Shown here one piece after another: positions 49,836 to 59,335 of a stretch of DNA of 64,000 nucleotides; the first letter of the stretch is position 1; the number at the start of each line of letters is the position of its first letter. The DNA is taken from the NCBI GenBank assembly GCA_038046805.1, contig JBBSVO010000003.1:115120-179119 (forward strand), in the 5' to 3' direction. A model generated the notes under the pieces. The model was not told the DNA's origin, searched no databases, and worked only from the letters and a program-made list of their open reading frames with translations. The stretch comes from Candidatus Micrarchaeota archaeon. Lineage in GTDB: Archaea; Micrarchaeota; Micrarchaeia; Anstonellales; Bilamarchaeaceae. Both the position numbers and the translations under genes were made by a program.

Positions 49836-52442
49836 ATGGAACTTAAAAAGATAAAAATCATAAAAAAACTTTACCGTTTCGAGGTAAGGAAAAGATACCA
49901 GCATATCTCCAGATTTAGAGTTAAACAAAAAAGTCCGATAGAACAAATTCGCGGCCAGATTTCGAAAATATTCGCAAAACCACATGATAAAGTTGCGGCC
50001 TCCAAAAGTCAAACGAAAGGCACGACTTCCGGGGGAGTAGAACCAAAGAATAACACATGGATAATGGTAGCAACTATTGCAATGGTACTTATACTTCTTC
50101 TGGTTGGAGGATTATATTTTTATGCTCAAAGCGCAAAGGCAGGGCAGATGTATTACACATCTCGACTCATACTCTCGCCTCAACTCAACACTACAATAGA
50201 AAATAGCGGGGTGATTACCGCTGGAGATAAAAAAGATAATACGAGTATAGGATACATCAGACTACGGTACAATACAGATGGTGTTCAAAATTTCACTATG
50301 AACTTCAAAACTTACGAGATGGGAATTCCTTCAGAAGTATTTATTCTATCCAGTCCGATGGATAAAGCCCAGACAACAAAATACGCAGACTTTAGGGCCA
50401 TATTGAAAAAGGAAATGACAAAGAAAAGAATAAGCGTAAACGAACTTGACCTGGAACAACTTGAAACAATTCCGAAAGGCGCGTTTCTACTGATACCTCA
50501 TGGAAGGATGCCACAAGAACTATTTGGAATTGAAAGCTCAATCGATATGAACAAACTAACAGAAAGAGGAGTGAACATCGTATATGTGGGTCTCCAATTT
50601 GACAAGATGATCCTAAAAAACGGACTTTTGGTTTCAACCCCGGAAAATGCATTGAAGAACGCAGGCGTTTCGTTTGATGAAAAAGAGGACTTGCTCACAA
50701 ATGGACTAAACCTTTATCAGCCCCTGTATGTTGCAAAAGGAACCTCTGGAGACTCGAACTCCATAATATATGGTTCAGTAAGTGCGATTCGGAGAAAGAA
50801 CGGAATGTTGATTTTTATCCCGCAAACGCTTGACGGAGGATGGAAACGAGATCCGGAAGCTGCTGCAAAGGATGTTGCGAAACTGCTTATTCAAACCGCA
50901 TGGGCAACCCCGGATAATCCAGAGGGCATAACTTATACCAAGGAATCTCTTGATAATGAAACCCACATAGAAGATTTCTTCACAAATATTTTCAATGGAA
51001 ATTCGAGACATGTAAAGATAGACCTTACTGGGAAAGATGTAAATGGAGACGATGTTGGGGAATTAAGAATAGCAGAAATAAAGAAGGAAGCTGCAGGTTC
51101 ATGGTATATCAGTGGTGGATTCACAGTAGCGCCAACTGAGATAACAAACGAAGAAGTTCCGATAATACTAACCTTAAAAGAAAAAACAGGGGTAGAAAAA
51201 TACCTGTATGTGGCCATAACAAAGAATGGCGGGCTGGTTGGAGAGAAAAAACTGCTCAAAACAGTGCCAATAAACATTCAGACAGAACTAACAGATTATC
51301 TTCCAATAAATCTGGATAGCGGGGATTATATTGCGAGTATAGAGGATGAAGCTGGTAATAGATATGCCCAAACATTCCTTCACGTGGTTTTTGTAGATGT
51401 TAAAAAACTCTATGATAAAGAGGAAAGACAGGTAATAAGATTCGCATTTGAGAAGGAAGGAACACCAGTAGTCATACGAAATGTTGAGGTTACAGTAAAA
51501 TCAAAGAAAGGAGATAGTTACGGAAAATACGAATTCAGCGACGTATCCCAAATATCAGTAGATGTGAGCAAAAATGTACCGGGCTCGGATAAGTTACCAT
51601 TCGGGGACTATGTCTTCAAATTCAAAATGGGTGAAATAGAAAAGGACGTTCCTGTTTCGTATGCCAGGGCTGCCACTATCTTCGAGGACCCGGTTTTCAT
51701 CGTAATTGGAGTAATGAGTGTTCTTATCCTTGGTATCGGGGTGTATTTTGCAAGAAAAGAAGAGGTAATGTATCAATTAGATGTCCCGGATTTCCCACCA
51801 ATAACAAAAACAAAGATTTCGATAACAACCCCGGAATTTATTTCTATTTTCGGCCAGGTAAATACAGATTATAGATGGAGATATACTCCGCTCAACACAA
51901 CCGAAGTAAAGAACGGTTTCAGAAAAATCATGAAAGAAGGGCGAACCGTGTATATATCGGATTACAACGTAGAGTATATACTCGGCAATCTTGTGAAAAA
52001 AGATGTAGTTAGGGAATCCATTGGATATTATTGTCCAACAGCATGGGAAGGGGAAAGCAAAAGAAGCTCCGGATATCTTTGTATTTTCAGAAAACTAAGA
52101 GATATATTTGTGAATAATGCTATACCATTCACACAACTTGGAGAGGAAATAGAATGCGATACAAAAATGGATATGATAGGGCAGGAAATGCATGTTCATA
52201 TTTTTGACAAGGATGGAGACGAAAAAAGAATGGAAACCCTTATTAGTAATGCTCTGAAAACAGCGCAGAAAGGGATATCCATGGTTATATTCAAAAACGA
52301 CGACGGAAAACGCGAGTTTCAGGATATTTTATCATCTTCATCCGCAGGACCAATAACTCTGAAGCTTGAAGTCGATGCAAAATCAGTTCTTCTTCTGACA
52401 ATAGACGAGTTTGAGAAGATGGTGCTGGAAATGAAAGGTTAA
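49836..52442 (+). CDS. Large membrane-anchored protein (TM, ~520-aa ectodomain, TM, cytoplasmic domain)
   Basis: Two TM helices; GGTGGTG SD before ATG 49836. Confidence 0.85.
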   Translation: MELKKIKIIKKLYRFEVRKRYQHISRFRVKQKSPIEQIRGQISKIFAKPHDKVAASKSQTKGTTSGGVEPKNNTWIMVATIAMVLILLLVGGLYFYAQSAKAGQMYYTSRLILSPQLNTTIENSGVITAGDKKDNTSIGYIRLRYNTDGVQNFTMNFKTYEMGIPSEVFILSSPMDKAQTTKYADFRAILKKEMTKKRISVNELDLEQLETIPKGAFLLIPHGRMPQELFGIESSIDMNKLTERGVNIVYVGLQFDKMILKNGLLVSTPENALKNAGVSFDEKEDLLTNGLNLYQPLYVAKGTSGDSNSIIYGSVSAIRRKNGMLIFIPQTLDGGWKRDPEAAAKDVAKLLIQTAWATPDNPEGITYTKESLDNETHIEDFFTNIFNGNSRHVKIDLTGKDVNGDDVGELRIAEIKKEAAGSWYISGGFTVAPTEITNEEVPIILTLKEKTGVEKYLYVAITKNGGLVGEKKLLKTVPINIQTELTDYLPINLDSGDYIASIEDEAGNRYAQTFLHVVFVDVKKLYDKEERQVIRFAFEKEGTPVVIRNVEVTVKSKKGDSYGKYEFSDVSQISVDVSKNVPGSDKLPFGDYVFKFKMGEIEKDVPVSYARAATIFEDPVFIVIGVMSVLILGIGVYFARKEEVMYQLDVPDFPPITKTKISITTPEFISIFGQVNTDYRWRYTPLNTTEVKNGFRKIMKEGRTVYISDYNVEYILGNLVKKDVVRESIGYYCPTAWEGESKRSSGYLCIFRKLRDIFVNNAIPFTQLGEEIECDTKMDMIGQEMHVHIFDKDGDEKRMETLISNALKTAQKGISMVIFKNDDGKREFQDILSSSSAGPITLKLEVDAKSVLLLTIDEFEKMVLEMKG

Positions 52443-52478
52443 TCCAGAATTTGTTTTTATCATTTTCTATTCGATGAT

Positions 52479-52880
52479 TTACTCTTCCAGCAGTTCCATC
52501 GCCTCTTCCGCGTTCAGCCCTAATTTCAGGTATTTTATCTCTCTTGGAAACATCCACCTGAATTCATCGTGCTCATCACAAAGAGTTACGTTTGAGCCGC
52601 TGACTGCGCACTTGTAAACCAAATAAACAGAATGCTTATCATCCCCGCCAGGGGTTTTGTATGTTGCGGATGAAACACCCATAAATTTTGGCTCTATCGC
52701 AGAAAGACCTGTTTCCTCTCTGAGCTCGCGACTGGCAGACTGCGAGGGTTTCTCACCCCAGTCCACGCCTCCACCTGGGAATTCCCATAGCTCGTTCTTG
52801 CGCTTTAAAACTAGCAATTTTCCTTCGAATTCCGGAATCATATAAACATTCAATTCCTGAATCTGTGCCAAAAAAATCAC
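52479..52880 (-). CDS. NUDIX hydrolase
   Basis: WEFPGGGVDWGEKPSQSASRELREETGL Nudix box. Confidence 0.93.
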   Translation of the reverse strand: MIFLAQIQELNVYMIPEFEGKLLVLKRKNELWEFPGGGVDWGEKPSQSASRELREETGLSAIEPKFMGVSSATYKTPGGDDKHSVYLVYKCAVSGSNVTLCDEHDEFRWMFPREIKYLKLGLNAEEAMELLEE

Positions 52881-53665
52881 TACAACCTTCGTTTATTAAT
52901 AGCAAATAGCTCCTCTTTTGCTTCTTCATCTAAAAAGTCCAGATTTCTGCTGCATTGAACGCATTTGAAAGAACGTTCGGATGCAACCTCGAAACCAATA
53001 ATACTCGCAATTCCACAGGAATCGCAGAAATATTCGTCAAGGCCTTCCTGGCCAACTTTTACACGGCATTCGAGCATTTTTGTGTTTACCCATTTTTCAA
53101 GACGTTCCTGATTCAAACGCCAGGTATATGAATACCACCCAGTTTCGTTGTCTTTTTCTCTGCAATAGAACACGATTCCTTCATTATGCAACCGATTCAG
53201 GGCCGCACGCACGTCGCTTATTTTCAATTTGAGATCACGGGAGATTTCTTCGTCACTCATTCCACCCCTGAAATGACGAACCATTTCTAGTGAATTCTCT
53301 CCAGCCAAATCAATTATCAATTGACGCGCATATGCGCTTGTCAATAAGGATGAAAGCTGTTCGAATCTCTTTTTTTCCATCTCTGCATCAATGAGTTTTT
53401 GTTCAGCCAGACGTAGGGTTTCAGCTTCGAGAGCTGCCTTTTTCCTAAGGTCTCTGGCACTTAATTTTTGTTTTTTTACATTTCCTGCCTTTAAACCTGG
53501 CTTTGGGGGATGAGGATGTTTTTTCTTTATATGAGGGCTGGCACGAGGACCAGTATGAGGGCTAGCAATTTTTTTCTTGCCCTTGGTTTGACCCCTCGTA
53601 ACTCCTTTTTTGAAGGATTTGGCTGACTTGTTATGCTTTGAAGACAAAATACCACCTATGCCCAT
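52880..53665 (-). CDS. tfe: Transcription factor E with basic N-terminal extension
   Basis: SDEEIS..VRAALNRL..DNETGWYSYTW; zinc ribbon CDSC..FKCVQC. Confidence 0.88.
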   Translation of the reverse strand: MGIGGILSSKHNKSAKSFKKGVTRGQTKGKKKIASPHTGPRASPHIKKKHPHPPKPGLKAGNVKKQKLSARDLRKKAALEAETLRLAEQKLIDAEMEKKRFEQLSSLLTSAYARQLIIDLAGENSLEMVRHFRGGMSDEEISRDLKLKISDVRAALNRLHNEGIVFYCREKDNETGWYSYTWRLNQERLEKWVNTKMLECRVKVGQEGLDEYFCDSCGIASIIGFEVASERSFKCVQCSRNLDFLDEEAKEELFAINKRRL

Positions 53666-53773
53666 TTTCTAAATCAGGGCATCTAAATTAGCGCATTTTT
53701 TATATTTAAAGCTTTCGGTTTGGGGTGGAAAAACGGCAAACTATATTAATCTTAGATCATATGGTAAAATCTT

Positions 53774-54946
53774 ATGCGTATCGCATTTTTCACAGACTCA
53801 TACCTCCCAAATGTAGATGGAGTGGTAACCACAATCTGCAATTACAGGAGGGAACTTGAACGACTTGGACACGAGGTGTACATCTTCTCTCCGGGCACTA
53901 AAACGCAAAAGGACGAAAACAAGGACGAGAGAGTATATTATTTCACATCCACTGCATTTAAACCATACCCAGACTACCGTATAGCAATATTCAACTTTTT
54001 TTCCCCGGTAAAACTGGTAAAGGAGCTCGGATTTGATATAATTCATTCGCACGGAGTTGCAACAACAGGAATTGCTGCGATTCAATCATCTCAAAAGCTG
54101 GGAATCCCTGCGGTGGCCAGTTTCCACACATTCCTTCCCGAAGCGGTTCACTACATTTCCAGCAATCGAAATGTGCAGAATATACTCCAGGGGGTTGCAA
54201 CAAAGTATCTAAGCTGGTATTACTCAGGATACAAAAAGGTAATTGCACCCAGCATATTCGCGAAAAAGGTTCTTGAAAGCTGGGGAATTAAAAATGTCGC
54301 AGTCCACCCAGCAGGAATAGAACTGGAAAAATTTGCGAGTATAACAGGAACCGCACGGATTGAAAACTCAGCGGCTATAAGAAAGGAATTCGGGATTCCA
54401 AAAGCCTCAAACGTTGTTCTTCACGTTAGTAGAATCGCAATGGAAAAGAATATAGAAATGCTGATAGAAGCTGCACCAAGCATCATCAACCTGGTTCCAC
54501 AAACAAAATTCGTGATAGTTGGAAAGGGACCTGCAGAAGCACATTACAAGAATCTGGTGGAGAGAAAGGGACTTTCACAACATTTCATATTCACTGGTTA
54601 TGTGGCAAACGAAAAACTCCCTCTTCTTTACTCAACTGCAGATGTATTTGCATTCCCATCGGCATTCGAAACCCAGGGACTGGTAGTACTGGAGGCAATG
54701 GCATGCGGAACACCGGCAGTTGTAAAGGTAGGTGGAGCGGCATCAGAATTCATCGTTGATGGAAAAAATGGATGTATATTCACAGATCATTTTGACTTTC
54801 ATGATAAAATAGTATTTGCAATGAAGAATAAACAAATCCTTGGAAAGAATGCCATAGAAACCGTACAGGATTATGATATACGAAAAAACACTGAGAAACT
54901 GGTTGAAATATACAAATCCTGCATTGGTAATAGCGGAACTAAATAG
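53774..54946 (+). CDS. GT4 glycosyltransferase
   Basis: MRIAFFTDSYLPNVDGV; PSAFETQGLVVLEAMACGTP. Confidence 0.94.
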   Translation: MRIAFFTDSYLPNVDGVVTTICNYRRELERLGHEVYIFSPGTKTQKDENKDERVYYFTSTAFKPYPDYRIAIFNFFSPVKLVKELGFDIIHSHGVATTGIAAIQSSQKLGIPAVASFHTFLPEAVHYISSNRNVQNILQGVATKYLSWYYSGYKKVIAPSIFAKKVLESWGIKNVAVHPAGIELEKFASITGTARIENSAAIRKEFGIPKASNVVLHVSRIAMEKNIEMLIEAAPSIINLVPQTKFVIVGKGPAEAHYKNLVERKGLSQHFIFTGYVANEKLPLLYSTADVFAFPSAFETQGLVVLEAMACGTPAVVKVGGAASEFIVDGKNGCIFTDHFDFHDKIVFAMKNKQILGKNAIETVQDYDIRKNTEKLVEIYKSCIGNSGTK

Positions 54947-54975
54947 AATAAAAAGGTTCTCATGGAGTGTAGGGT

Positions 54976-55716
54976 ATGAACTCCATTGAATTTCATAAAA
55001 CCGCGGATTTTAAACTGAAGAACCCTATAGTCGTGGTCGGCTTGCCAGGAACCGGGCTTGTTGGAAGCGTATCTGCATCGCACCTTACCGAAACCCTCGG
55101 ATTTACATTTGGTGGATATATTTCAAGCGATCAATTCGCACCGCTTGCAGCAATACACAACTATATTCCCATGCCTGCAGCACGAATCCATTATTCTGAA
55201 AAACATAATATGATAGTAATACTTTCAGAAATGACGATTCCGGTCGCATCTTCTCAGGAACTAGCAGACAAAATATTGGAATTTGCAAAAGCTGTCAAGG
55301 CAAAATATGTGGTGTCTCTTGGCGGGATATCAATGAACGAGGATGAAAACGCTGTGTACGTCGTCTCGAGCGATGCAAAGCTTTCACAACCGGTAATAGG
55401 AAAGCGCGGAATAAAACAGATAAAAGAAGGGGCAACAACAGGAGTAAGTGGAGTTCTTCTTGCAAAAAGCGCTCTTGAAAAATTCCCAGTTATATCTATT
55501 CTCGCAGAGGCTTCTGCAGACTATCTTGATCCGCATGCGGCTGCAAACGCGTTGGGAGCATTCTCGTTACTTACAGGGGTAACCATAAGCACGGTTGAAC
55601 TCGAAAAAGAAGCTGGAGAACTTTCAAAAGTAATAAAGGAGAATGTAATCAAATCAAAGATTCCGACAAAAAAGATTTCTAACATAAAAGATGAGGGCGG
55701 ATCCATGTATGGATGA
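54976..55716 (+). CDS. PAC2-family proteasome assembly chaperone
   Basis: GLPGTGLVG, SLGG, TGVSG, DPHAA, terminal MYG (HbYX-like). Confidence 0.9.
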   Translation: MNSIEFHKTADFKLKNPIVVVGLPGTGLVGSVSASHLTETLGFTFGGYISSDQFAPLAAIHNYIPMPAARIHYSEKHNMIVILSEMTIPVASSQELADKILEFAKAVKAKYVVSLGGISMNEDENAVYVVSSDAKLSQPVIGKRGIKQIKEGATTGVSGVLLAKSALEKFPVISILAEASADYLDPHAAANALGAFSLLTGVTISTVELEKEAGELSKVIKENVIKSKIPTKKISNIKDEGGSMYG

Positions 55717-57529
55717 AAAATTTGCGAAAATTTTTCAGTATGGAGATTCGATAGAATTTTCATACAATAAAAAAATATTCTTGTTTGTGGGCATAGTGGC
55801 AGCTTTACTCATTCTTGCAGGCTGCATTAATATCCTAAATAGAGAGTGCCCGTCAAGCTGTAATGACGGAAATATCTGTACAGATGATTATTGCGGCGCA
55901 GACACAAATTACAAATGCGTCAATAAACCTCTAAGCGGAAGCCAGCCCGCATGCTCTGGATCAGTTACAGGAGCACCATGTGCAGTTATGGCATGTGACA
56001 GCGGAACATGTGTAACAAAAAACATCTCGAATTGTTGTGGAAATGCCAACTGCGAATATAATGAAGATATGGGTTCGTGTCCGCAGGACTGTAAAAACAG
56101 TGTTGAATTGAAATGCGGAACTGAAGGCACATTTGTCCCAATCCTTCTAAAACTGGAAAACGAGCTGGACAAAAGCTTCATCTCCTGCACGATAACGAAT
56201 AAAGGAAAAAAACCAATTGAAGCGATACTAACTGCAGAAATACCCGAGTGGAGTAATCAGTTTTCAAAGAACATATTTATAGCTCCGGATCAGAGCCAGA
56301 ACGTGAATATTTCACTTACATACAAGGACAAATTTTATTCAAATACCGAACTGGCAGATGCCACGGCACTCTTTACCGTTGAAAGTGCTGGCACTACTCT
56401 GTCTAAGGAATCAAGAAACATAAAAATAGCGCCAAAAGATAACATTGTATGGTATTACAATGCAAATGGAAAACAGTTGGATCTTTCTTATTCTGTAGTT
56501 GCATGGGTAACTCCGCACGATCCTTGCATAAAATCACTTATTTCTATTGCAAAAGAACTTCACCCAAAGAAAACGCTCGGTGGATACGCTGGATATGACG
56601 GAATGAACAAGCAAGAAAAAGAAGATAATACGCTTGCACAGTCAAAGGCTATTTACGAGGCAATAAAGGGACAGGGAATTTCATATGTGAATACGCCAGT
56701 AAGTTTTATTTCATCAGGCCAACAAGTGAAGCTTCCGTCCGAATCCCTTATGCAAAAATCAGGAAATTGTGTTGATGGTTCAGTATTGTTTGCATCTGCA
56801 TTTGAAGCACTTGGAATGAATACAATTATTGCATTCATCTCAGATCACACGTGGGTTGGCGTGGAAAGTTACCCGGGAAGCGGTCAGTTCATGTTTATCG
56901 AAACGACTATTGTTGAGGAGGCCTCTTTTGAACAGGCCATTGCTGAGGGGAAAAAGGAATTTGAACAAGAACAATTTTCAAAGGACTTCTTTATTATCCC
57001 AATTAACAAATACCGTACAAAGGTAAAACCATTCCCATCAGCAGTTAGCACCTGCCAGCTAAAGGCAAGCTGTGATGACGGAACTCCCGTTGGGCAATGC
57101 TCGGCACAGAAACCAAAGATGTGTATTGGAAACGAATTTGTAGACAAGGCACTTACATGCGGATGTTCTGAAGGGCACATAAGAATGGGCGATTCATGCG
57201 TTTCCGGCAAGCTTCGGGACGAAACTATTTCAATCAAAAAAGGATTTGCGTATTATTATGGAGGGGACCCTACAACAGAATCCCGTTTTGTGAAATATCG
57301 TTATGTAGTAAGTTCCAACGAGGCGATCGATATCAAGATGGTACCGTCAGAGGCCGATTACAACGGAATCCTTGCCAATGGTGCATATGACGAATACGGG
57401 GCATGTGGGGCCATAAGCAATAAGTTCTACAACCAAACCTGCACGATAAACCAAAAAGGCGGGATAGTGATATTAAACAACGGTATTGCCGAGGCGACCG
57501 TGAATCTGCAGGTTTTTGTTGAAGACTAA
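55709..57529 (+). CDS. Cys-rich lipoprotein with transglutaminase-like domain
   Basis: LAGC lipobox, CNDGNICTDDYC-type repeats, GNCVD..HTWV..IETT putative triad. Confidence 0.8.
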   Translation: MDEKFAKIFQYGDSIEFSYNKKIFLFVGIVAALLILAGCINILNRECPSSCNDGNICTDDYCGADTNYKCVNKPLSGSQPACSGSVTGAPCAVMACDSGTCVTKNISNCCGNANCEYNEDMGSCPQDCKNSVELKCGTEGTFVPILLKLENELDKSFISCTITNKGKKPIEAILTAEIPEWSNQFSKNIFIAPDQSQNVNISLTYKDKFYSNTELADATALFTVESAGTTLSKESRNIKIAPKDNIVWYYNANGKQLDLSYSVVAWVTPHDPCIKSLISIAKELHPKKTLGGYAGYDGMNKQEKEDNTLAQSKAIYEAIKGQGISYVNTPVSFISSGQQVKLPSESLMQKSGNCVDGSVLFASAFEALGMNTIIAFISDHTWVGVESYPGSGQFMFIETTIVEEASFEQAIAEGKKEFEQEQFSKDFFIIPINKYRTKVKPFPSAVSTCQLKASCDDGTPVGQCSAQKPKMCIGNEFVDKALTCGCSEGHIRMGDSCVSGKLRDETISIKKGFAYYYGGDPTTESRFVKYRYVVSSNEAIDIKMVPSEADYNGILANGAYDEYGACGAISNKFYNQTCTINQKGGIVILNNGIAEATVNLQVFVED

Positions 57530-57546
57530 AAAGAAAGAAAATAAAA

Positions 57547-57761
57547 CGCCCCCACCGGGATTTTCGATTCATGCTTCCCCACCAAATATATTTTCTTTGG
57601 GGGTGAAACACTCAGACCCTTTCTTTTTTGAAAAGAAAGGAGATATGTGTTCGAACCCGGGTCGCGAGAGTGACAGTCTCGTATGCTAGACCAGTATGCG
57701 CAATCAGCAATCAAAACCCAAGATAAGGGACTGAAAACAGACTACCCTACACTATAGAGGC
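57547..57761 (-). tRNA. tRNA-Asp(GTC) with two non-canonical introns (15/16: 57694-57746; 59/60: 57561-57649)
   Basis: Exons GCCTCTATAGTGTAG + TGGTCTAGCATACGAGACTGTCACTCTCGCGACCCGGGTTCGAA + TCCCGGTGGGGGCG form a cloverleaf; relaxed BHB motifs at both junctions. Confidence 0.88.
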
Positions 57762-57831
57762 GTGAGTATCTATAAATCTCTTGCGAAGAGTTTTTATATT
57801 ATTGGGATTAACAAAAGTTAAAGGCGAATAT

Positions 57832-58125
57832 ATGCGATGCAATATAATTGTTAAAGGAAAGGTTCAGGGCGTGTACTTCCGCGCGTTTGTGCGATCCATA
57901 GCGGAAAGAATGAACGTGCGCGGATATGCAAAGAATCTCGACAATGGAGACGTTGAGGTCTTTGCAGAGGCTAATGATGAGAATGCAATAGCCCGTTTTA
58001 CACGTGGAATAAATGTGAAGAATACGGATGGCGCATTCGTAGAATCAATGGAAATATGCATGGAAGGCAAACCCGGGTTTCATCTTCCGTTAAAGAATTA
58101 TTCGGAATTTGAGATCGAGAGATAG
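57832..58125 (+). CDS. acyP: Acylphosphatase
   Basis: GKVQGVYFR, GYAKNLDNGDVE. Confidence 0.92.
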   Translation: MRCNIIVKGKVQGVYFRAFVRSIAERMNVRGYAKNLDNGDVEVFAEANDENAIARFTRGINVKNTDGAFVESMEICMEGKPGFHLPLKNYSEFEIER

Positions 58126-58185
58126 TAATAACTCATTTTCTGGCTCTCCGAAAGCTATTTATTGGTTAGAGGAAGCAAGCTAATT

Positions 58186-58440
58186 ATGGCAGGACCCGCA
58201 TTCAAGGAAAGGGAAACCGGAGAAACCGAATTAACGGTAGTTCCAAAAAAGGTAGAGGCAGAGAAAAGACTCGTCAGAGCTGAGATAAGAGAAACAACTG
58301 TTCAGGCAACAGTCGTAGCAGCGGCAACCGAAAAAATGCTTGAAAAATATGCTAAATACTGTCCAGAAACCATGGACGCGCTCAGGGCGGCGCAAAGACC
58401 GAAAAACATAGCGGATGTCCAGATAGCGATGACAGGATAA
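58186..58440 (+). CDS. Hypothetical protein
   Basis: Short ORF following a TTTATT box. Confidence 0.55.
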   Translation: MAGPAFKERETGETELTVVPKKVEAEKRLVRAEIRETTVQATVVAAATEKMLEKYAKYCPETMDALRAAQRPKNIADVQIAMTG

Positions 58441-58451
58441 ATGGTGTTTGT

Positions 58452-58637
58452 ATGCCGGACCACATCTATTCCATGAAGATAACCCTGAAAGGAGAGCCGC
58501 GCGTTCTTACAATCCGCGTCGGAGATAAAGGAACAGATGTTCTGCTTACAGACGGAAAGGGAAAAACCATTGAATATTTCAAGCAGGAAGGAAGTAAGGT
58601 AACAATAACAAAGCCGAAAAAGAAAAAAGCGGCATAA
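58452..58637 (+). CDS. Small basic hypothetical protein
   Basis: 61-aa ORF with GGTG SD. Confidence 0.55.
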   Translation: MPDHIYSMKITLKGEPRVLTIRVGDKGTDVLLTDGKGKTIEYFKQEGSKVTITKPKKKKAA

Positions 58638-58659
58638 ATCGTCATCAAAGCTGATTTTT

Positions 58660-59334
58660 ATGTCTTCGCAACAGGCTCAAAAGATAAACGCGGCAAAAGG
58701 CGCATTAGAACTTGTAAAAAACGGGATGTGTGTTGGATTAGGCAGTGGAACAACTGTAAAGGAATTCATAACTCTTCTCGGACAACGCGTGAAAAAGGAA
58801 AAACTAGGGGTTTGTGTGGTTTGCACTTCGTATGATACCCGAATGCTCGCGATTGAAAACGGGATATGGGTATCTGAACCGGATGCGATTACAAAGATGG
58901 ACCTTGCGATTGACGGCGCGGACGTAGTAACGAAGACTGCGCTTCTCAAGGGCGGGGGAGCCGCACTTACGCGGGAAAAAATAATTGATTACGCAGCAAC
59001 CGAGTTTGTAGTCATCGTGGATGAAAGCAAAGTAAAGGAAACACTCACTGGAGAAGTAGTCGTAGAGGTTCTTCCATTTGCAGTTCCGTTCATTGTTCCA
59101 ACACTAAAAAAATACTGCAAGAATCCAAAATTAAGGATGAGTTCGGAAAAGCTTGGTCCGATCGTAACAGATAATGGCGGATTCATCATAGACTGCGAAA
59201 TGAACATAACCGAAAAAGATGCAAAAAAAATTGAAACCGAACTTAACACCATCCCGGGAGTAGTTGAAAACGGAATATTCACTAAATTTTCAAAGATTAT
59301 CATCGGGCAGGAAAATGGATATCGGATATTATAG
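58660..59334 (+). CDS. rpiA: Ribose-5-phosphate isomerase A
   Basis: GLGSGTT, DGAD, KGGGAALTREK, VTDNGG, PGVVENGIF. Confidence 0.96.
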   Translation: MSSQQAQKINAAKGALELVKNGMCVGLGSGTTVKEFITLLGQRVKKEKLGVCVVCTSYDTRMLAIENGIWVSEPDAITKMDLAIDGADVVTKTALLKGGGAALTREKIIDYAATEFVVIVDESKVKETLTGEVVVEVLPFAVPFIVPTLKKYCKNPKLRMSSEKLGPIVTDNGGFIIDCEMNITEKDAKKIETELNTIPGVVENGIFTKFSKIIIGQENGYRIL

Positions 59335-59335
59335 A

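Noticed and set aside
45796..52442. Integrated conjugative element or provirus
   Set aside because: No integrase, relaxase, att repeats or virion genes; the flanks are housekeeping genes.
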